Assembly (NCBI GenBank): GCA_009914755.4
Contig: CP068257.2
Location: 33,728,001 to 33,792,000 of the forward strand
From: the human T2T-CHM13v2.0 reference genome, Homo sapiens
Reading direction: 5' to 3'
Length of the DNA stretch: 64,000 bases
This document shows, in pieces, positions 1-13,694 of this stretch; within the stretch, counting starts at the first letter, position 1; every line of letters begins with the position of its first letter. The translations under genes and the position numbers were made by a program. Below the pieces are notes generated by a model that was not told the DNA's origin, did no database searches, and was given only the letters and a program-made list of their open reading frames with translations.

Positions 1-2083
1 AACTCTGATCCCTTAACTTCTTGCCCAGTGCTCTTTTCACGACAAGAAATTACAGTTTCTTTAAGGTTACCTTGGACAAACTCTTTGGTGACATTGTAAC
101 AACATGAAGAAGAGACACAGGAGAGCATGGAACCCCGCAGAAGACCCATGAACCAGGGCCGCTTGGGGCTGTGGGCACTGGCTCCTCTGCTGTAACTGAG
201 TCCTTGCCAAGAACCCACTTCTGTGATCTGGCAAGGGGCGGGAGACCTCAGCAGAAGATTTAAAACCAGATGAATCATATCACTGGTAGTCACACAGTGG
301 GCAGTTGTCACTGGTGAAATGACTCCGTAGGTGGCCGCAGCCCAATTATCTGCTAGGTATGGAGGTTGCATCCCAAATCCTGTATGGAGCGGCAGTCCTA
401 AAATGAGTGGCTGGTCCTTTGCCATTTTCCCGTCGCTTGAAGCTGATTGAGGCATCAGTGAACGAGGAGGAGGGTGGGAAAGCAGAGCCTTCCAGGGTCC
501 AAGTCTGAGCATTGATGGGGGAGGCTGGGCTGGGTGACAGAATCTTGATGGCAGACCTCAGTATCACAAAGGGTAAGGTGCTTGGAGGTGAAATGGCCTG
601 AAGTGGGAAAAGAGGCAGATGCTGAGAGGAGGAGAGTCCATGCAAAACTGACAGGGGCTCTTCTGATGGGTCTCACTGCTCCAGGAATCCTGGTCTTCAT
701 GCTTTCTAGGCATCCTGTTGAGTCCTGAAAGAGGAGCCCAGACCAACCAGGAGCTCATTCACCCTGGTTTGAGTCTGGGTACCTCTATCTCTTAACCAGC
801 TGGGCACTCTTGGCTTAGCTACTTAACATCTAGTGCCTTGTTTTCCTCATCAGTTGAATGCTGGAAGTTGAGCTCTCTGATTTATGGAGCCCCTTCTGGC
901 TATACATTCTTATCTCATGAGGACATTTTGTGATCTGGACTATATTAAAGAGCCACTCTCTAGGATTAATAACAGTACACAGCAGCCTTTTCATATTCTT
1001 TTCTTTTTCTATAGTTACTGCCCAATCAGCACTATAAAATATTCAAATCTTAAAAAATAATTCATTGAATATGTCTTCTTTTAGCACCAGCTGTAACAAA
1101 ACTACATACATCAGTAGTTAGCTGCTTGCATGTGAAGCAACAGCTACATGCACATGGGAATAAGCTACAAAATGTTATTTTAATAAGATGCTGTCCACCC
1201 AAACAAACTGAATTTGAAATGTGGCACCAAACTTGCTATCTGGCTCATTCAAAAATATTTCATGGTCAACCATGTAAATGATAACCTTCAAAAAACATTT
1301 ATGAAGTAATCAACATGGGAAGACAGAAAGTCAGGCTAGAACTTTATTACCTGTGTTTTGTTGGAGGTATCTAACTGTTCATAGTTCACTGTGAATTCTT
1401 TGGATTAGATAGTTCTTTGGAAGAGGAAGATAGTCCTCTCCCAAACAGATAGTCCTTTGGAAGAGGAATCTTTGGAAGGTGATTTGTCACATTATTTGAA
1501 AAGAGCATTGTGGCTGATTCAGAGCCGCCACTTCCTTAGGTGTCAGCTGAATGAATGACATTTTTCAGCTTAATCAGGCTAAAACTCTTGGAGTCATCTT
1601 TGACTCTTTTCTTCAACTTCCTGCATTCTTCTTGGCGCTGTCTTCAAAAGATAACCACAATCCAACCACCTCTCACCACCTCCTGCTCCAGCCATGGTCT
1701 GAGCCAACAAGGTCTCTCCCTGATGAGCATGAGCCCCCAAAAAGTTCTCCCTGCCTCTAATTTGGCTCCTCACGGTCTATTCCCAACACATCAGCTACAG
1801 TGTTGATCACTTATGTCGGTTCATGTCACTCTTCTGCCCAGATCCTTTGGTGGTTCTTTTTACACAGAATAGCAGTCAAAGTTTATAGAGAGTCCCTCAT
1901 TTCCTCTACAACCTTCTCTGTCCTCTCTCCCACTGGACACCAGTTGAGCCTGTGCAGTCCAGCCAAGCTCCTGGGTGCTGGGGTGTCCCCTCATCTTGGA
2001 ATGCTCTTCTCTGATGCTCTCTTGGCCAACTACTTCACCCCTTCAAGTGTTTGCTCCAATTTCATCTTTATTAAATTTGCATA

Positions 2084-2345
2084 GATTTAGGGGGTACAGT
2101 GAAGGTTAGTTCATGGATATATTGCTTAGTGGAGAAGTCTGGGCTTTCTGTGTAGCCATCCCCTAAAGAGTGTACAATAAATGTCCATTGTACCCATTGA
2201 GTAACTTATCATCCCTCACCCCCCTCTCAGCCCCTCACCTTTCTGAGTCCCCAATGTCTATTATTCCACTCTCTTTGTCATCTCTGTAAGGCTTCACCTG
2301 ATCTTTCTGTGTAATACTGCAACTTGTCCCTCACCCCCCAGAAAC
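2084..2345 (-). mobile_element. LINE-1 fragment, antisense; C-terminal ORF2/3' end region of an older L1P/L1M subfamily
   Basis: The string tttagggggtacagtg...gttagttcatggatatattgc...tcatccctcacccccc...ccccaatgtctattattccactc matches my recollection of the reverse complement of the L1 ORF2-end/3'UTR junction. Family assignment is from memory only. Confidence 0.4.
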
Positions 2346-3398
2346 CCAAACCCTCCTTATCCTGATCTTCTCTTGTTCATAGCATTTAGCAACTTCAGTA
2401 TGATGCATTCAGTGATAATGAATGTTTAATTTCTATCTCCTGCTAGAATGCAAGCTCTATGAGGGAAGGGATCTATGTTTTGTTTTCTGATGCATCCTAA
2501 ACACCTAGAAGAATGCCAGATAAATGAAAGCATCCAAATGAAATTTCATCTCACACTCATGTCGGTTGAAAAAGTCAAATTGAACAATAAATCTTGATTG
2601 ACTACGATAAACTAAAATGTGTTCATTTAGGCTTTTTTCTATGATTCATCTTCTAAATTGCCTGGCAATGATCGAGGAATGCCCTCAGTCAAGAAAATGG
2701 GATTTTAGCTAATCTCTGAAATACATTTGTACCGATTGCATCAAAAATGCACATATGCTACCTCTCACATTTTAAAAATATAGTAGCCTCCCGATCACCA
2801 GATAAGCACTTTATAGACCACAATGATCCCTTACCTCTTCCCTAAAATTTAGATGTAAAAATATTTTGGATACAACCCATATACTACTACAATTTAAGGC
2901 TACCTCACTGATTCGTCCCAATTCTAGAAGAAACAGACGACCCATTCAAACTAAGATGATCTAAGGATGAAATGGGATGGGCCAAGTATATTTCTCAAAG
3001 GAGAAACACAGCTTGCTTCGAGTGACTCCACAGAATGGGAGCTGAAGAAATGAAGCCTGACTTCACTTTCCACCCCCTCTCCATTTCCTGCTGGGCCCAA
3101 CTGAGGACTAGATAACAGGAAGGCCCTTTGAGGCAGTCCTCAGAGATTATCCCCCTAGGGCAGAGAGCAGCATGGAGAAGGATGGAGAAGCAGGCTGCAG
3201 GGGCAAGGGAAGATAAGCACCCAAAAAAAGCTCTGATCTATAGTAAGGGACTATGTGTATCAACCCTACAGGTGGATTTCAGAATTTTAAATACATTTTC
3301 CATTGCAACACAGTGGACATATACTTAAGTGTTTTTAATAATCCACTTCTAAAAACCGCCACTTGCCACTTGCAAAAAGCAAACGAATAAAAATTCCC

Positions 3399-3453
3399 AT
3401 TCTATTCTATTCTATTCTATTCTATTCTATTCTATTCTATTCTATTCTATTCT
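3399..3453. repeat. (ATTCT)11 pentanucleotide microsatellite
   Basis: Eleven perfect tandem ATTCT units are directly visible, ending in tttatc. Confidence 0.95.
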
Positions 3454-6400
3454 TTATCTTTCTATGCTGGTTGCAACCCATTAAACTGATTTCACAACCC
3501 ACAGTTTAAACATCTCTGGCTAAGGCCAATCCCTCCATTTAAAAGATAAGATCACTTAGATCTTACAGGGTTAACTGGCTTGTCCAAATTTAAAGTATAT
3601 GTAATCATTGGAATGACGTGGGTGTGTACACTCATTGTAAAGAAAAAACTTATTTCATCTATCCAAATGTTCTCTTCCAAACCACATGCATATCAGCATG
3701 TTTTGAAAGGATTTTAGTATTGTAGGTGTCAAGAAAGCCTCTATTTAACCATCAGTAAAATAAATAGTCCTCACCATACTGTGAAAGGGGGACAACTTCA
3801 GTACAGTGGAGAGCTGAGGTCATGCCCTCCCATACAGGAAGAGCTCTTTGGAATCGAGGGCTCACTTATTCAGGAAGGATGACCTCCTGTGTGTATGTCT
3901 TTCACCCCCAGGTAACACAGGTATTTATGATGCCTCATGAAGCATACTTGCTGGACACTAGGATGGTGGCTAATGACAGTTTCTCTGTGCAACAAGGTAG
4001 AGAACTATGAGACAGCCAAGGTCCCAGCCTGGCATATACATTGCACAGTCGCACAGGAAGGCACTCTGCTCTGAAATATTTCATCCTGGAGAAGTTGGCT
4101 TTGATGACTTTCAAAAGTAGCAGAACTCACTGGTTCTCTCTTTGGCAGGAGTTTGTGCATTTCACTCATTTCAAGTCAGGACTAATAGTTCTAATGATTT
4201 TGAAGGGAACCTAAATGATTCCTTTATGCCTGGCTGGGATTGGCCAGGGTTCCACTTACAACCCACAACATGCTCACACATTCCATAGAAAAATAAATAC
4301 TGCTGTAACCACGTTGGTGCCACGCCAGTGCAAATGGCCATTTTCTTAAGTACTCATTTTAAAAGCAACTTTGTTATTTCAGCATGTGCTTTGAAAGCTG
4401 GCTTTTCTATCTCTGGTGTGATGTTTTCATTGTAGGGACAAAAGTAAAACATTAACTCTTTCAACAGTTTGAGGGAGGGTGGATATTTAATACAAAAACC
4501 AAAAAAAAAAAAAACGTAATGGGGGAAAATGCATCACTCCTGCTTTCTTGGATCTCTGCTGGAGTTTCCACTTGTGTGTGACTCCTTCACCTTCCACCAA
4601 CCACCCCTTTGGTTAGACTGGGTTGTGGTTCCTTCAAACGTCTTGCCGAAACTTCTGGACAGCTATCAACTGAAGAACTCTGTCCTGGTCAGAAGCTTCA
4701 ACATCCTCCGCCCGTGATGCTTTTCTGGGTCCAACGACCCTGCAATAATTTTCTTCCTGTGTACCAGAGTTTACGAAGTCCTCCTGCATGTGAGGCCCTG
4801 GGCGCAGGTGTGGGCATGTGCAGGTGTGTTCATGTCAACTGCAGAGATCCTGAGGGCAAGACGAAGAAAACACAGCCAGTCCTTTCAGGAATTTATAATT
4901 CAGATGCTGAGGTGGAACAGAACAGATGAAAAGCAAAAGCACAATGGAGGGCAGTTATGATTAAATGGATTTCAGAGGGTCATGATGGTGCCAGGCTATC
5001 TTGGGTCTCCTCACACTCAACATCAGGCCCCTCCACCTCCTGCTGACTTTCATGCATCAATGTTAGGCTAACATGAGAGATGCTTACAAATTTGCTTCAT
5101 GATCACTGTAGAAATGAGCATGGTTGTTAGCAACAGCTGCTGTGGGTGTGCAGGTCATGGCGTCTCTCAGAGCTGGGAATGCCCAATGAATGCACTCCCC
5201 TCTTTCACCTGACCACGGATGGTCACCTGATGGTATTTGGAAAGTAATGAGAGATCTTTCCACCACGACGTTTTGTGAGAAATGGTGTATTTACTTTTTC
5301 AAATGTTATTGTTTAATCTTCGAACAGCTTTAGATTTACAGGGAAGTTGAAAAGACGGTATAAAGAGTTCCTATAGGTTCCATATTCAGTTTCCCTAGTG
5401 TTAACATCTTACATTGCTATGTACATGTGTTACAGCTAATGAACCAATATTAATACACTATCGTAAGTGGAAGTCCATACTTCACATTTCCCTGGAGTTA
5501 CCTCTTGTCCTTTTTCTGGCATCCCCTCAGGACACCACTTCACATTCAGTCATCACATCTCCTTAAGCTCCTCTTGGCCGTGATGCCATGACAGTTTCCT
5601 AGACCCTGTACTAAGTTTCCTAGACTGAGTACTGGTCAGATATTTTGTAAAATGCCTGTCAATTTAGATTTGTCCAATCTTTATTCTTGTAGCTAGACTA
5701 GATGATGTATTCACATTTGGGAATGTAAGCATAAATGTTTCCTACATAGGCCAAACATGTTGTTTTGAAAGCTATGTATGCTCTATGAAGTTTGGGCACT
5801 GAAAACCAATAGATGCTCCACAGGGAACACGTTGATTACATGGGACATGTTCATGCAAAGAGTGACTCACAGTAAATTACACTGCATGTGGTTTCTCAGA
5901 CTCAGATGGAAAGCAGACTTCAGTTACCCTAGGTACATCTCAAAGTTTCCCTGTTTCAGTACACCAAATAAATAAGCATAGTGTTAGCTGTATATATTGT
6001 TCAGTTATAGGTTAGTTATCTGCTGTAATTAACAACCTAAAACATTCAGTGACTTAATAAAATGAAAATGTATTTCTCTCTCATACCATAAACACAGGAT
6101 TTCTAGGTGGGGGTATTCTCTTTACAGTGGTGTCATGGCATTCCAGCTTTTTCTAAACCTATTATCTCCCAAAGCTTTCTGGTGCTCATTTGTATTAGTT
6201 AGGGGACAAGAGAATAAAGCAGGCATGAAGAGCTCAGTTGGAGATTTTTCAGGTCAGATCTAGAAGTGGCATGAATTACTTCTGCCCATGTTTCATTGGC
6301 CAGTACTCAGTCACCTGACCCACCCTGTTGCAAGAGAGACTGGGAAATGTGGTCTAGCTATTGTAGGAGAAGGAGAAAGAAAGAGACTTTGTGAACACAT

Positions 6401-8156
6401 AGCAGCCTCTGCCACTCTATGAATTTATGTCATACCAAGTTTCCAGAAGATTAAAAACATGATAAAATGACTTGGAAGATGCATGCTATTCTTTTCGCAC
6501 ACATACCCCCTGTTTAGATTTGGTAGTCTTCTCTAAGGATGCTGCAGAGGGTAGCCTCTACATAGGCACTTCCACAACACTGGTATTTCTTTAAAAGCAA
6601 AAGTCTGTCCTTTAAAGCAATGTAGAGGGAGAAGGATAAAGAGGTAGAAACTGGGGAGAATTATCCCAGCAAACAAAATATGCCTTGCACCAAATATATT
6701 TACAATTATTAAACCAGATGATTAGAAGTAATAGCTTATCACCTCCACCAATGGGAACATGGACCAACCAACCGGAGACTCATAAAAGGAAGGGGAACAT
6801 GAAAGCATAATCTCAATCCAGAGTCAAATTCCAATATATACCTTTCTAGAGAAAAATGAACAGTCTTTCTTTCTCAAATAAGACTACTCTTTCATTTTCT
6901 AAATAACCTTCCTCAATCTGAGCTATAGTATGTCTGGATGCTAATTGTCTAGTAGTCTAGACAGTGATGATATTATGACCAAGTTATGCACAGATAATCA
7001 CTGTGTCACTGTTTCCAAAGCTGCCTACACGTATTGCTTCACTGGACACACTTGGCATGTGTGATTATTCTCCTGATATTTATTTTCACCATGTAAGTAG
7101 AGAATGCTTACTTAATCAAACCATCCAGTGAACTGAGCAGTTTTTTTATAATTCAAATGCAATATGAGAGTCTTGAAGCTAAGAAAAAAATTATGTTAAT
7201 GTAGCCCATACTTTTCTGTATTCTGGGGCAAGGAACCCTGTGGCATTTTGCTCGCTTCATTCGCTAGGGATGCATCTTGCCCAGGTCCCTCCAGTATTAC
7301 CTCTGCAAATCATTCCTACCCAGATGGGTTGGCTTAACCAAAACCATTCTGATCAAGGAGTTCCAGGAATCTCTCCGGAGAGGTCTTTTCTGCAGCCTGG
7401 TCCAATGCACAGGTTACAATAAAGTGGATGACTATATGGTTCTCTGGCTTTTTCAAAATGACACATTTGTTTTTAAAAACCACCATCTTAACGAAGCATA
7501 TGGGCAACGATGTCATGACACCCTTAACCCCACCCGAAGGAGGGAGACTGAAATCAATGCAGAAATGAAAAACAGTATGGTTTGGAAAGTAGGAGGATGT
7601 TCCAGACGCAGTGGATAACAAAGTTTATTTCTGGCAAGGAAAGAGAAAATGATCAAAGGGATCTGGAAGAAGTTTGTTTGGCCAAGGAAAAGGCATAGAC
7701 GGGAGTAACAGGCAGACAATCGAGCTTGGCAAGAGGGTGGGTGTTGATACAGCATGCCTTTAAGGACAGCTCCAAGGCTCTAGTGTGCGTTTTATATACT
7801 ATTTCCACTATTATAATGACCCCTGGAGTCACTGTATTGCCTAAGGAGACTCGTTAAATCGCAGTCTGTGGCTGGAGGGGTAACAAATGGAATCTTCCCT
7901 CACTCCTGTGATACCAGTCTCCTTGGTCTCTCACCAGACACGGAAATGACACACAACACATGAATTTAAAATTCACCTGTGCAGCTTCTAAGCTCAGGCG
8001 TCTTCCAGAACTGGTGAAGCAGGCCCAAAGGGGAAGGCGGTCAGGTAGGGAGACTGGAAGAGGATTTTATGAACCTACTGGAAGGTGTGGGTGCAGTTCA
8101 CCAGTAAGAAGTTTGCTTTGCTTTATAATTCCGAGTAAAGCCAGTTCTTCCCAAAG

Positions 8157-8612
8157 GTGGTGGGTTGAATTGTGGCCACCTCTAGAAGATATGTGGCCTC
8201 AGAGCCTGTGAATGTGACCTTATTTGGAAGAAGAAACTGTGCACATGTAATTAAGTTAACGATATCAAGATAACGTCATCCTGGATTTAGGGTGGGCCCT
8301 AAATCCAATGCTAGGTGTCCTTATAAGAAGATGACAGAGAGAGATTTGACATGCAGAGATTCAGGGATATGTGACATGGGAGGCAGAGAACGGGGTGATG
8401 CAGCTTCAAGCCAAAGTATGGCAATGATTGCCAACAGCCACCCAAAGCCAGGATGAGGCAAGGAATAGATTCTTCAGCACCTCCAGAAGGAAACAACTGG
8501 CACCTGGATTTTGGTGATCTCCAGAACTGTAAGAAAACTAACTTCTGTTGTTAGAAGCCACCAAATGCATAGTAATTTATTACAGAACCAGAGCTAGAAA
8601 ACTAACACACCA
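8157..8612 (+). mobile_element. Solo LTR, ERVL-MaLR-like (family A; ends ...ctagaaaactaacacac)
   Basis: It shares a diverged consensus-like architecture with copies at 12200, 17915 and 46918: ggtgggttgaattgtg...cctcagaatgtgacc...gatgaggtcat...gggtgggccc...ccttataagaag...cttggacttc...cagaactgtgag...aagccacccagtttgtggt...cagccc.aggaaactaa. Subfamily name not resolved. Confidence 0.45.
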
Positions 8613-8669
8613 AACAAGAAACACTGAATCATGATCCTATCCCTGTGCTCATCCCGGCCTTTACTCAGA

Positions 8670-9190
8670 GTATTTTAATTGTAGTAAAATATATATAACA
8701 TAAAACTCACCATCTTGGCTATTTTAAAGCCTACAGTTCAGTGGCATTAAGTCTACTAACTGCTGTACAACCATCACTACCATCCATCTCCAGAACTTTA
8801 TCATCTTCCCAAACAGAAACTTTGTCCCCATGAAACACTAACTCCCCACTTTCCTTCCCCTCAGCCCCTGGGCATCCACGGTTCTATTTTCTGTCTTATA
8901 AATCTGACTAATCTAGGTGCCTCATAAAAGTGGTGCATTCAGTATTTGTCCTTGTGCATCTGGCTTCTTCTTTCCACTTGGGCAACGTGTCCTCAAGGCT
9001 CAGCCATGTGGTAACATGTGCCAGCACTTCATTCCTTTCTATGGCTGAATAATACTCCATTGTATGGATAGACCACATTTTACTTATCCATTCCTCTGTC
9101 AGCCAATGCTAGGGTTCCTGCCATCTTTTGGCTCTTATGGATAATGCTGCTGTAACACAGGTATACAGATATCTCCTCATTCTCAAAATA
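8670..9190 (-). mobile_element. LINE-1 3'UTR fragment (older L1M/L1P type), minus strand
   Basis: ttaattgtagtaaaatatatataacataaaactcaccat...cagttcagtggcattaag...tccatctccagaactttatcatcttcccaaacagaaac...ggctgaataatactccattgtatgg...ataatgctgctgtaaca matches the reverse complement of the old-L1 3' end (..ggctgaataatattccattgtatg..). Confidence 0.5.
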
Positions 9191-9567
9191 TTTATTGTTG
9201 ACATCTCTTGAACTGCTTCATCTCTTCCTTCCCTCTAGCTGGAATGATCCCTGGTCCAGGTTCCCTCTTATCTTCCTAAAACCTCCACCCTTTCACCGAT
9301 TTTTATACTTTCCACCCTCAGCAATGCCCTTTTCAGGATAGCTCTTGGCAGTGAGGACTGCAGAGTGTCGGTGTCAATATTTAAGTGGGATTTGGGGACA
9401 GAAGCCAATGGCTGGTGGAGGCAGGCAGTGAGCAGGGGCTAGGGGATTTTGTTGATGATGAATTTACACAGCAAACACAATGTTTCTGCTAATAAATGAA
9501 ATTACAGATCAATAAAAATAGCTAAGTCTTTTAAAGGGGGCTAGTCCTCACATTTTATATAAGACCC

Positions 9568-9922
9568 TGCCATGGTTTGGCTGCGTCCCCACCCAAATCT
9601 CATCTTGAATTGTAGCTATCATGACTCCCATGTGTTGTTGGAGGGATGTGGTGGGAGATAATTGAATCATGGGGTGGTTTCCCCCATACTATTCTCATGG
9701 TAGTGAGTAAGTCTCACGAGATCTGATGTTTTTGTATAAGGGGTCTCCCCTTTTGCTTGGCTCTCATTTTCTCTCCTGTCACCCTGTGAAGAGATGCCTT
9801 CCGCCATGATTGTGAGACCTCCCCAGCCATATGGAACTATGAGTCCATTAAATTTCTTGTTCTTTATAATTACCCAGTCTTGGGTATGTCTTTATTAGCA
9901 GTGTGAAAACAGACTAAAACAG
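9568..9922 (+). mobile_element. Solo LTR, THE1/MST family (ERVL-MaLR)
   Basis: tgccatggtttggctgcgtccccacccaaatctcatcttgaattgtagct...gggagataattgaatcatgggg...gtaagtctcacgagatctgatg...ccgccatgattgtgagacctccccagccatatggaactatgagtccattaaa...ttataattacccagtcttgggtatgtctttattagcagtgtgaaaacagactaa closely tracks the THE1/MST LTR consensus from 5' TG to the 3' end. Confidence 0.65.
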
Positions 9923-12199
9923 ACCCAGAAAGCATCAACTGCCCATGTCAAAGACTATTACCACTACCTTTCCTGAAGGAGGCCTGAGTGGTCTTACAGT
10001 GTTACAAGAGGCTTAAGCTTGATGCTTCCCCTCCATCCATCATGTGTATCCCAAGTCAAAGATAACCATACAATGTATCATCCAATAGATGAGGATACTT
10101 TTCAGAGTGAGAGTGGAGAGGTGTACAGTTATCCCCAAAGACAACTAGCCCAAACTGGGGATTGTCTGGGCAAAGAGATGTGTGCTCACCTGCCAAGGCT
10201 CACTTCTACACCTCACCCCGAGACCCTTGTCCCTGCCTGAAGGACTCATGCAGCATTTAGGTTTCCTCAACCTGGGAATTCACAAATAGGATACCATATC
10301 TCCAAACATGTATTTAGTGACATAAAATCCCAAGCTATTAAGTAACATGAGATAAACATTGTGCCCAAGCTAAGGATGTATAATGTGAAATGTACTCTAA
10401 TTATGCATTCTTCCTGGCTTTTTCCTATGAAAATGACAGAAATAGCTAATGTGAGTCAACTTACCTATAAAAAATAATATTGTTCATTATATTACTTGTC
10501 AAGAATCAAAAATTGTTTTATTAGCCTATTGTATGTTCTTCTCCTTGTGGCATTTTTATTTTGGGAGAAACTAGTTTTTGCTGGCCTGAGGAACAATCTC
10601 ACACAAATAGTACGAGTATTCTCTGCTAGGAATAGCAAACACTTACCTCTGAAGGGGAAAAATTCTAGCTTCTATTTATTTATATTTGTTTTTTCCCCTC
10701 AACAATTGCTGTTCTCTATAATTTAAATGTCTGCAAAAATAGTAGTTATATAAACATTAATGCATTAAAAGCTATCATTTCAATGTAGCGTGCAAATCCT
10801 GGAAGCTGAACATTAAGGAATCATGAGATTTTCCCTCTAAGCAAGGGGAGGGACTTCGCAATCTTTTTATCCCTAAAATGTATCCTTTGAAGCTTCTCAA
10901 GTTCACATTGTTAAGCGGGCCTGAATTATCATCAGCATTGCATTTTAGTAAATGCTCATTTTCCATCTGCCTCTGATCAGATGCACCTTTCCTTACCTGT
11001 GACAGACTTGATTCTTTTATTTCTATATTTTATTTCAGTGTTAAGTATAGGATTTTTCTTTCCCTTTAAACACCAATATTTCTTTTTCTAACCATAATAT
11101 AATACATACATGTAACCCAGCAAGCCTGGATTTGAAAAAAATCACTCAATTATCTCATTGGCTTTCATAAAATCATAGCTATGTGTCCACAGTGGGGAAA
11201 AAAACCTCCCAGGAAAGCTCATTAAATTATGATAAGACTGATATAATTCCAAAGGATGTTGGCCCAACAGAAGAAAAAGACAACTGGAGATGTAGGGGTT
11301 GGGGTGGTAAGGAAATTGCAAAAGCCAACGAACAGCTAAGATTGGTACCTGTGAGCATCAGGACCCCCACCTGGAGCAGAGATCTCTCATATGTCTGCCT
11401 GAATCTAGAATTAGCAACAGCTCACAGGCTGGCCTTGCACTGAAGAATGAAATTTCAGGGATTTCCTCCCTGAAATCCTTGGACTTAGATGAAACTTCAA
11501 ATCTTTAGGATGGGGTCTTCTGAGACTTCCAAATGCTCTCATCTCCTATTCCCCAAGAGCTGCAATGCATTTAAGGAACTTTTTACCTCCTGCATAGTAA
11601 GCCCTTGAACCCATGTGACTGAACCCACGGCCCTTGTAACTATAACAATTATAGTAACCATTCATGCTACCTGCATTCATTGAGCTCCTACCATGTGTAA
11701 GACACTGTGCTGGACACAATCCTTTACATGTTGAAGACATGGCAACAATAACCAGAGAACCTAAGGATAGAGGGGAGAGTGAGGCAGCATGTGGAATGAG
11801 TGGCAGGGAGGGCTAGTTTTGCTCAGAGAGGTGGAAAGAGCTTCGTAGAAAAGCTACCCTTTGAGTTGGACCTTAAAGGATGAGCAACAAAGCAGCTGGC
11901 ATAGAAGGCAAGTAGGCAAAGGAATGTGGAAGAACATGCCACCCATCCTGATGGAAAGCCTGAAGGTCTAATCCTTGAACTACTCAAAGACAAGGAAATA
12001 CTCTTTAGAGCCTGGAGCTAAGGGTGCAGTGAACAGGCAGAAACGTAACTGATCCCAGGAAAGATAGGTTGGAGTAAGCAAATGGTAATTTAGATATTTT
12101 GCAAATAAATTAAATACTTTTTTAAAAAGATTCTTCCCTCTTGGAAGTATTTAGAAAGGAATGTTTAGTGGTATAAAAGAGATGGCTAATTATTCTTGT

Positions 12200-12575
12200 G
12201 AGTGTTGAGGGTGTTATGTCTCCCCAAAATTCTGATGTTGAAATCCTAACCCCCAGTGTGATGGTATTTGGAGATAGGGCCTTGGGAGATAATTTGTGTT
12301 AGATGAGATCATAAGGATGGGGCTCCCATAAAGGGATGAATGCCCTTGTAAGAAGAGACGCTGTAGGATGTGCTCTCCCTCTTTTTCTTTCTGACATGAG
12401 GACACAGCAAGAAGGTGGCTGTCTACAAGACAGGAAAAGAGCCCTCACCAGGAACTGATTCTGCCAGTGCCTTGATCTTCAACATCCCAGCCTCTGGAAC
12501 TGTGAGAAAATTTTTGTTGTTTCAGCTACCCAATATACAATATTTTGTCCATGGCAGCTCGAGCAGACTAAGACA
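12200..12575 (+). mobile_element. Solo LTR, ERVL-MaLR-like (family A copy)
   Basis: It has the same architecture as the 8157 element: tccccaaaattctgatgttgaaatcctaacccccagtgtgatggtatttggagatagggcc...gatgagatcataaggatggggctcccataaagg...cttgtaagaag...gaggacacagcaagaaggtggctgtctacaagacaggaa...ccttgatcttcaacatcccagcctctggaactgtgagaaaatttttgttgtttcagctacccaatatacaatattttgtcc. Confidence 0.45.
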
Positions 12576-13656
12576 GTAGCACTATTTTGTTAACCATATT
12601 TTGAAATTGATAATAGTGATTTTGTACTGACAATGTGGGGAGGAAAGTTGCTAAACAGCTATAATATTTCAACAATGAAACAACAGCTTTTCTGAAAATC
12701 ATAGGATAGAAGATCATATTGCTTGGTAGCTTGGAAAACCATTTACAGGAAGAATAAACTTACTAAAAGAGGACACCAATTTTTGTTTAACTATAAAGTA
12801 GATGCTTGAGACATGTGGCTAAATAAATGGACCAAAATATATAAAGAAACAATGACCCATATTTCTTAGAACATAGCTGTAATTTTCCAATAGACAGTAA
12901 AAGGGAAGTGATGACACTTCACTCAGTATTGGGTTGAATCATATTAAAAGTAACATTTTGGTAGGCAAAGCTGATCTCATAAAAGCAGTTTCATATGGTT
13001 TAAGATAATACTAAATAGTGACGTTGCAGTAATTAATTCTTAACATATGAGTTTTATGTAATTTATCACGTTATAGTGTTAGAAAAATAAGTTCTTAACT
13101 GAACACAAATTAGTACTTAAAGTAGCTTCTTAGAATTTGTTTGCTTAAGACTGTGATAAACCAGATCACTAGTAATAAAACTGATAATTATGAAATTAAC
13201 AATTTGATCTTTGGCTATATTTTAGGGAATACTTTCTCATAAAAGATAATTAAGTATTAGTTGAAATAAAGTATTTAATTTCAAGGTTATTGCTTTGTAA
13301 TTGATTTCCTTTTAAGAGGAAAGTAAACTCAATTTATATTAAAAGTAGACAATTGTATTTTTATGCCCCTTGAAAAAAAAATTGTTGTTTTAAATAACCA
13401 CAGGATCATTAAGTTACATCCTTTGTGGAAGAAGGGTCCCAGGCCAGGATTTTAAAACTCTATGTACTGGCTGTCTTTTAATACAAGATATTTTGGGAAT
13501 GTATTTTCATTTTTCCCACAAAATATTATTTATTTCTCTAACTGAAAATTTATAAAAGCTACACTTTCCTTGGTATATTGGGAGACTAAGGCCCTGAGCC
13601 AATCAAATCTAATTCTGTGCATAAGAGAATATTTTAAATACACATACCCTGGCATG

Positions 13657-13694
13657 AACACACACATGCACACATACACACACACAGACACACT
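13657..13694. repeat. Imperfect (CA)n microsatellite
   Basis: cacacacatgcacacatacacacacacagacacac. Confidence 0.7.
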
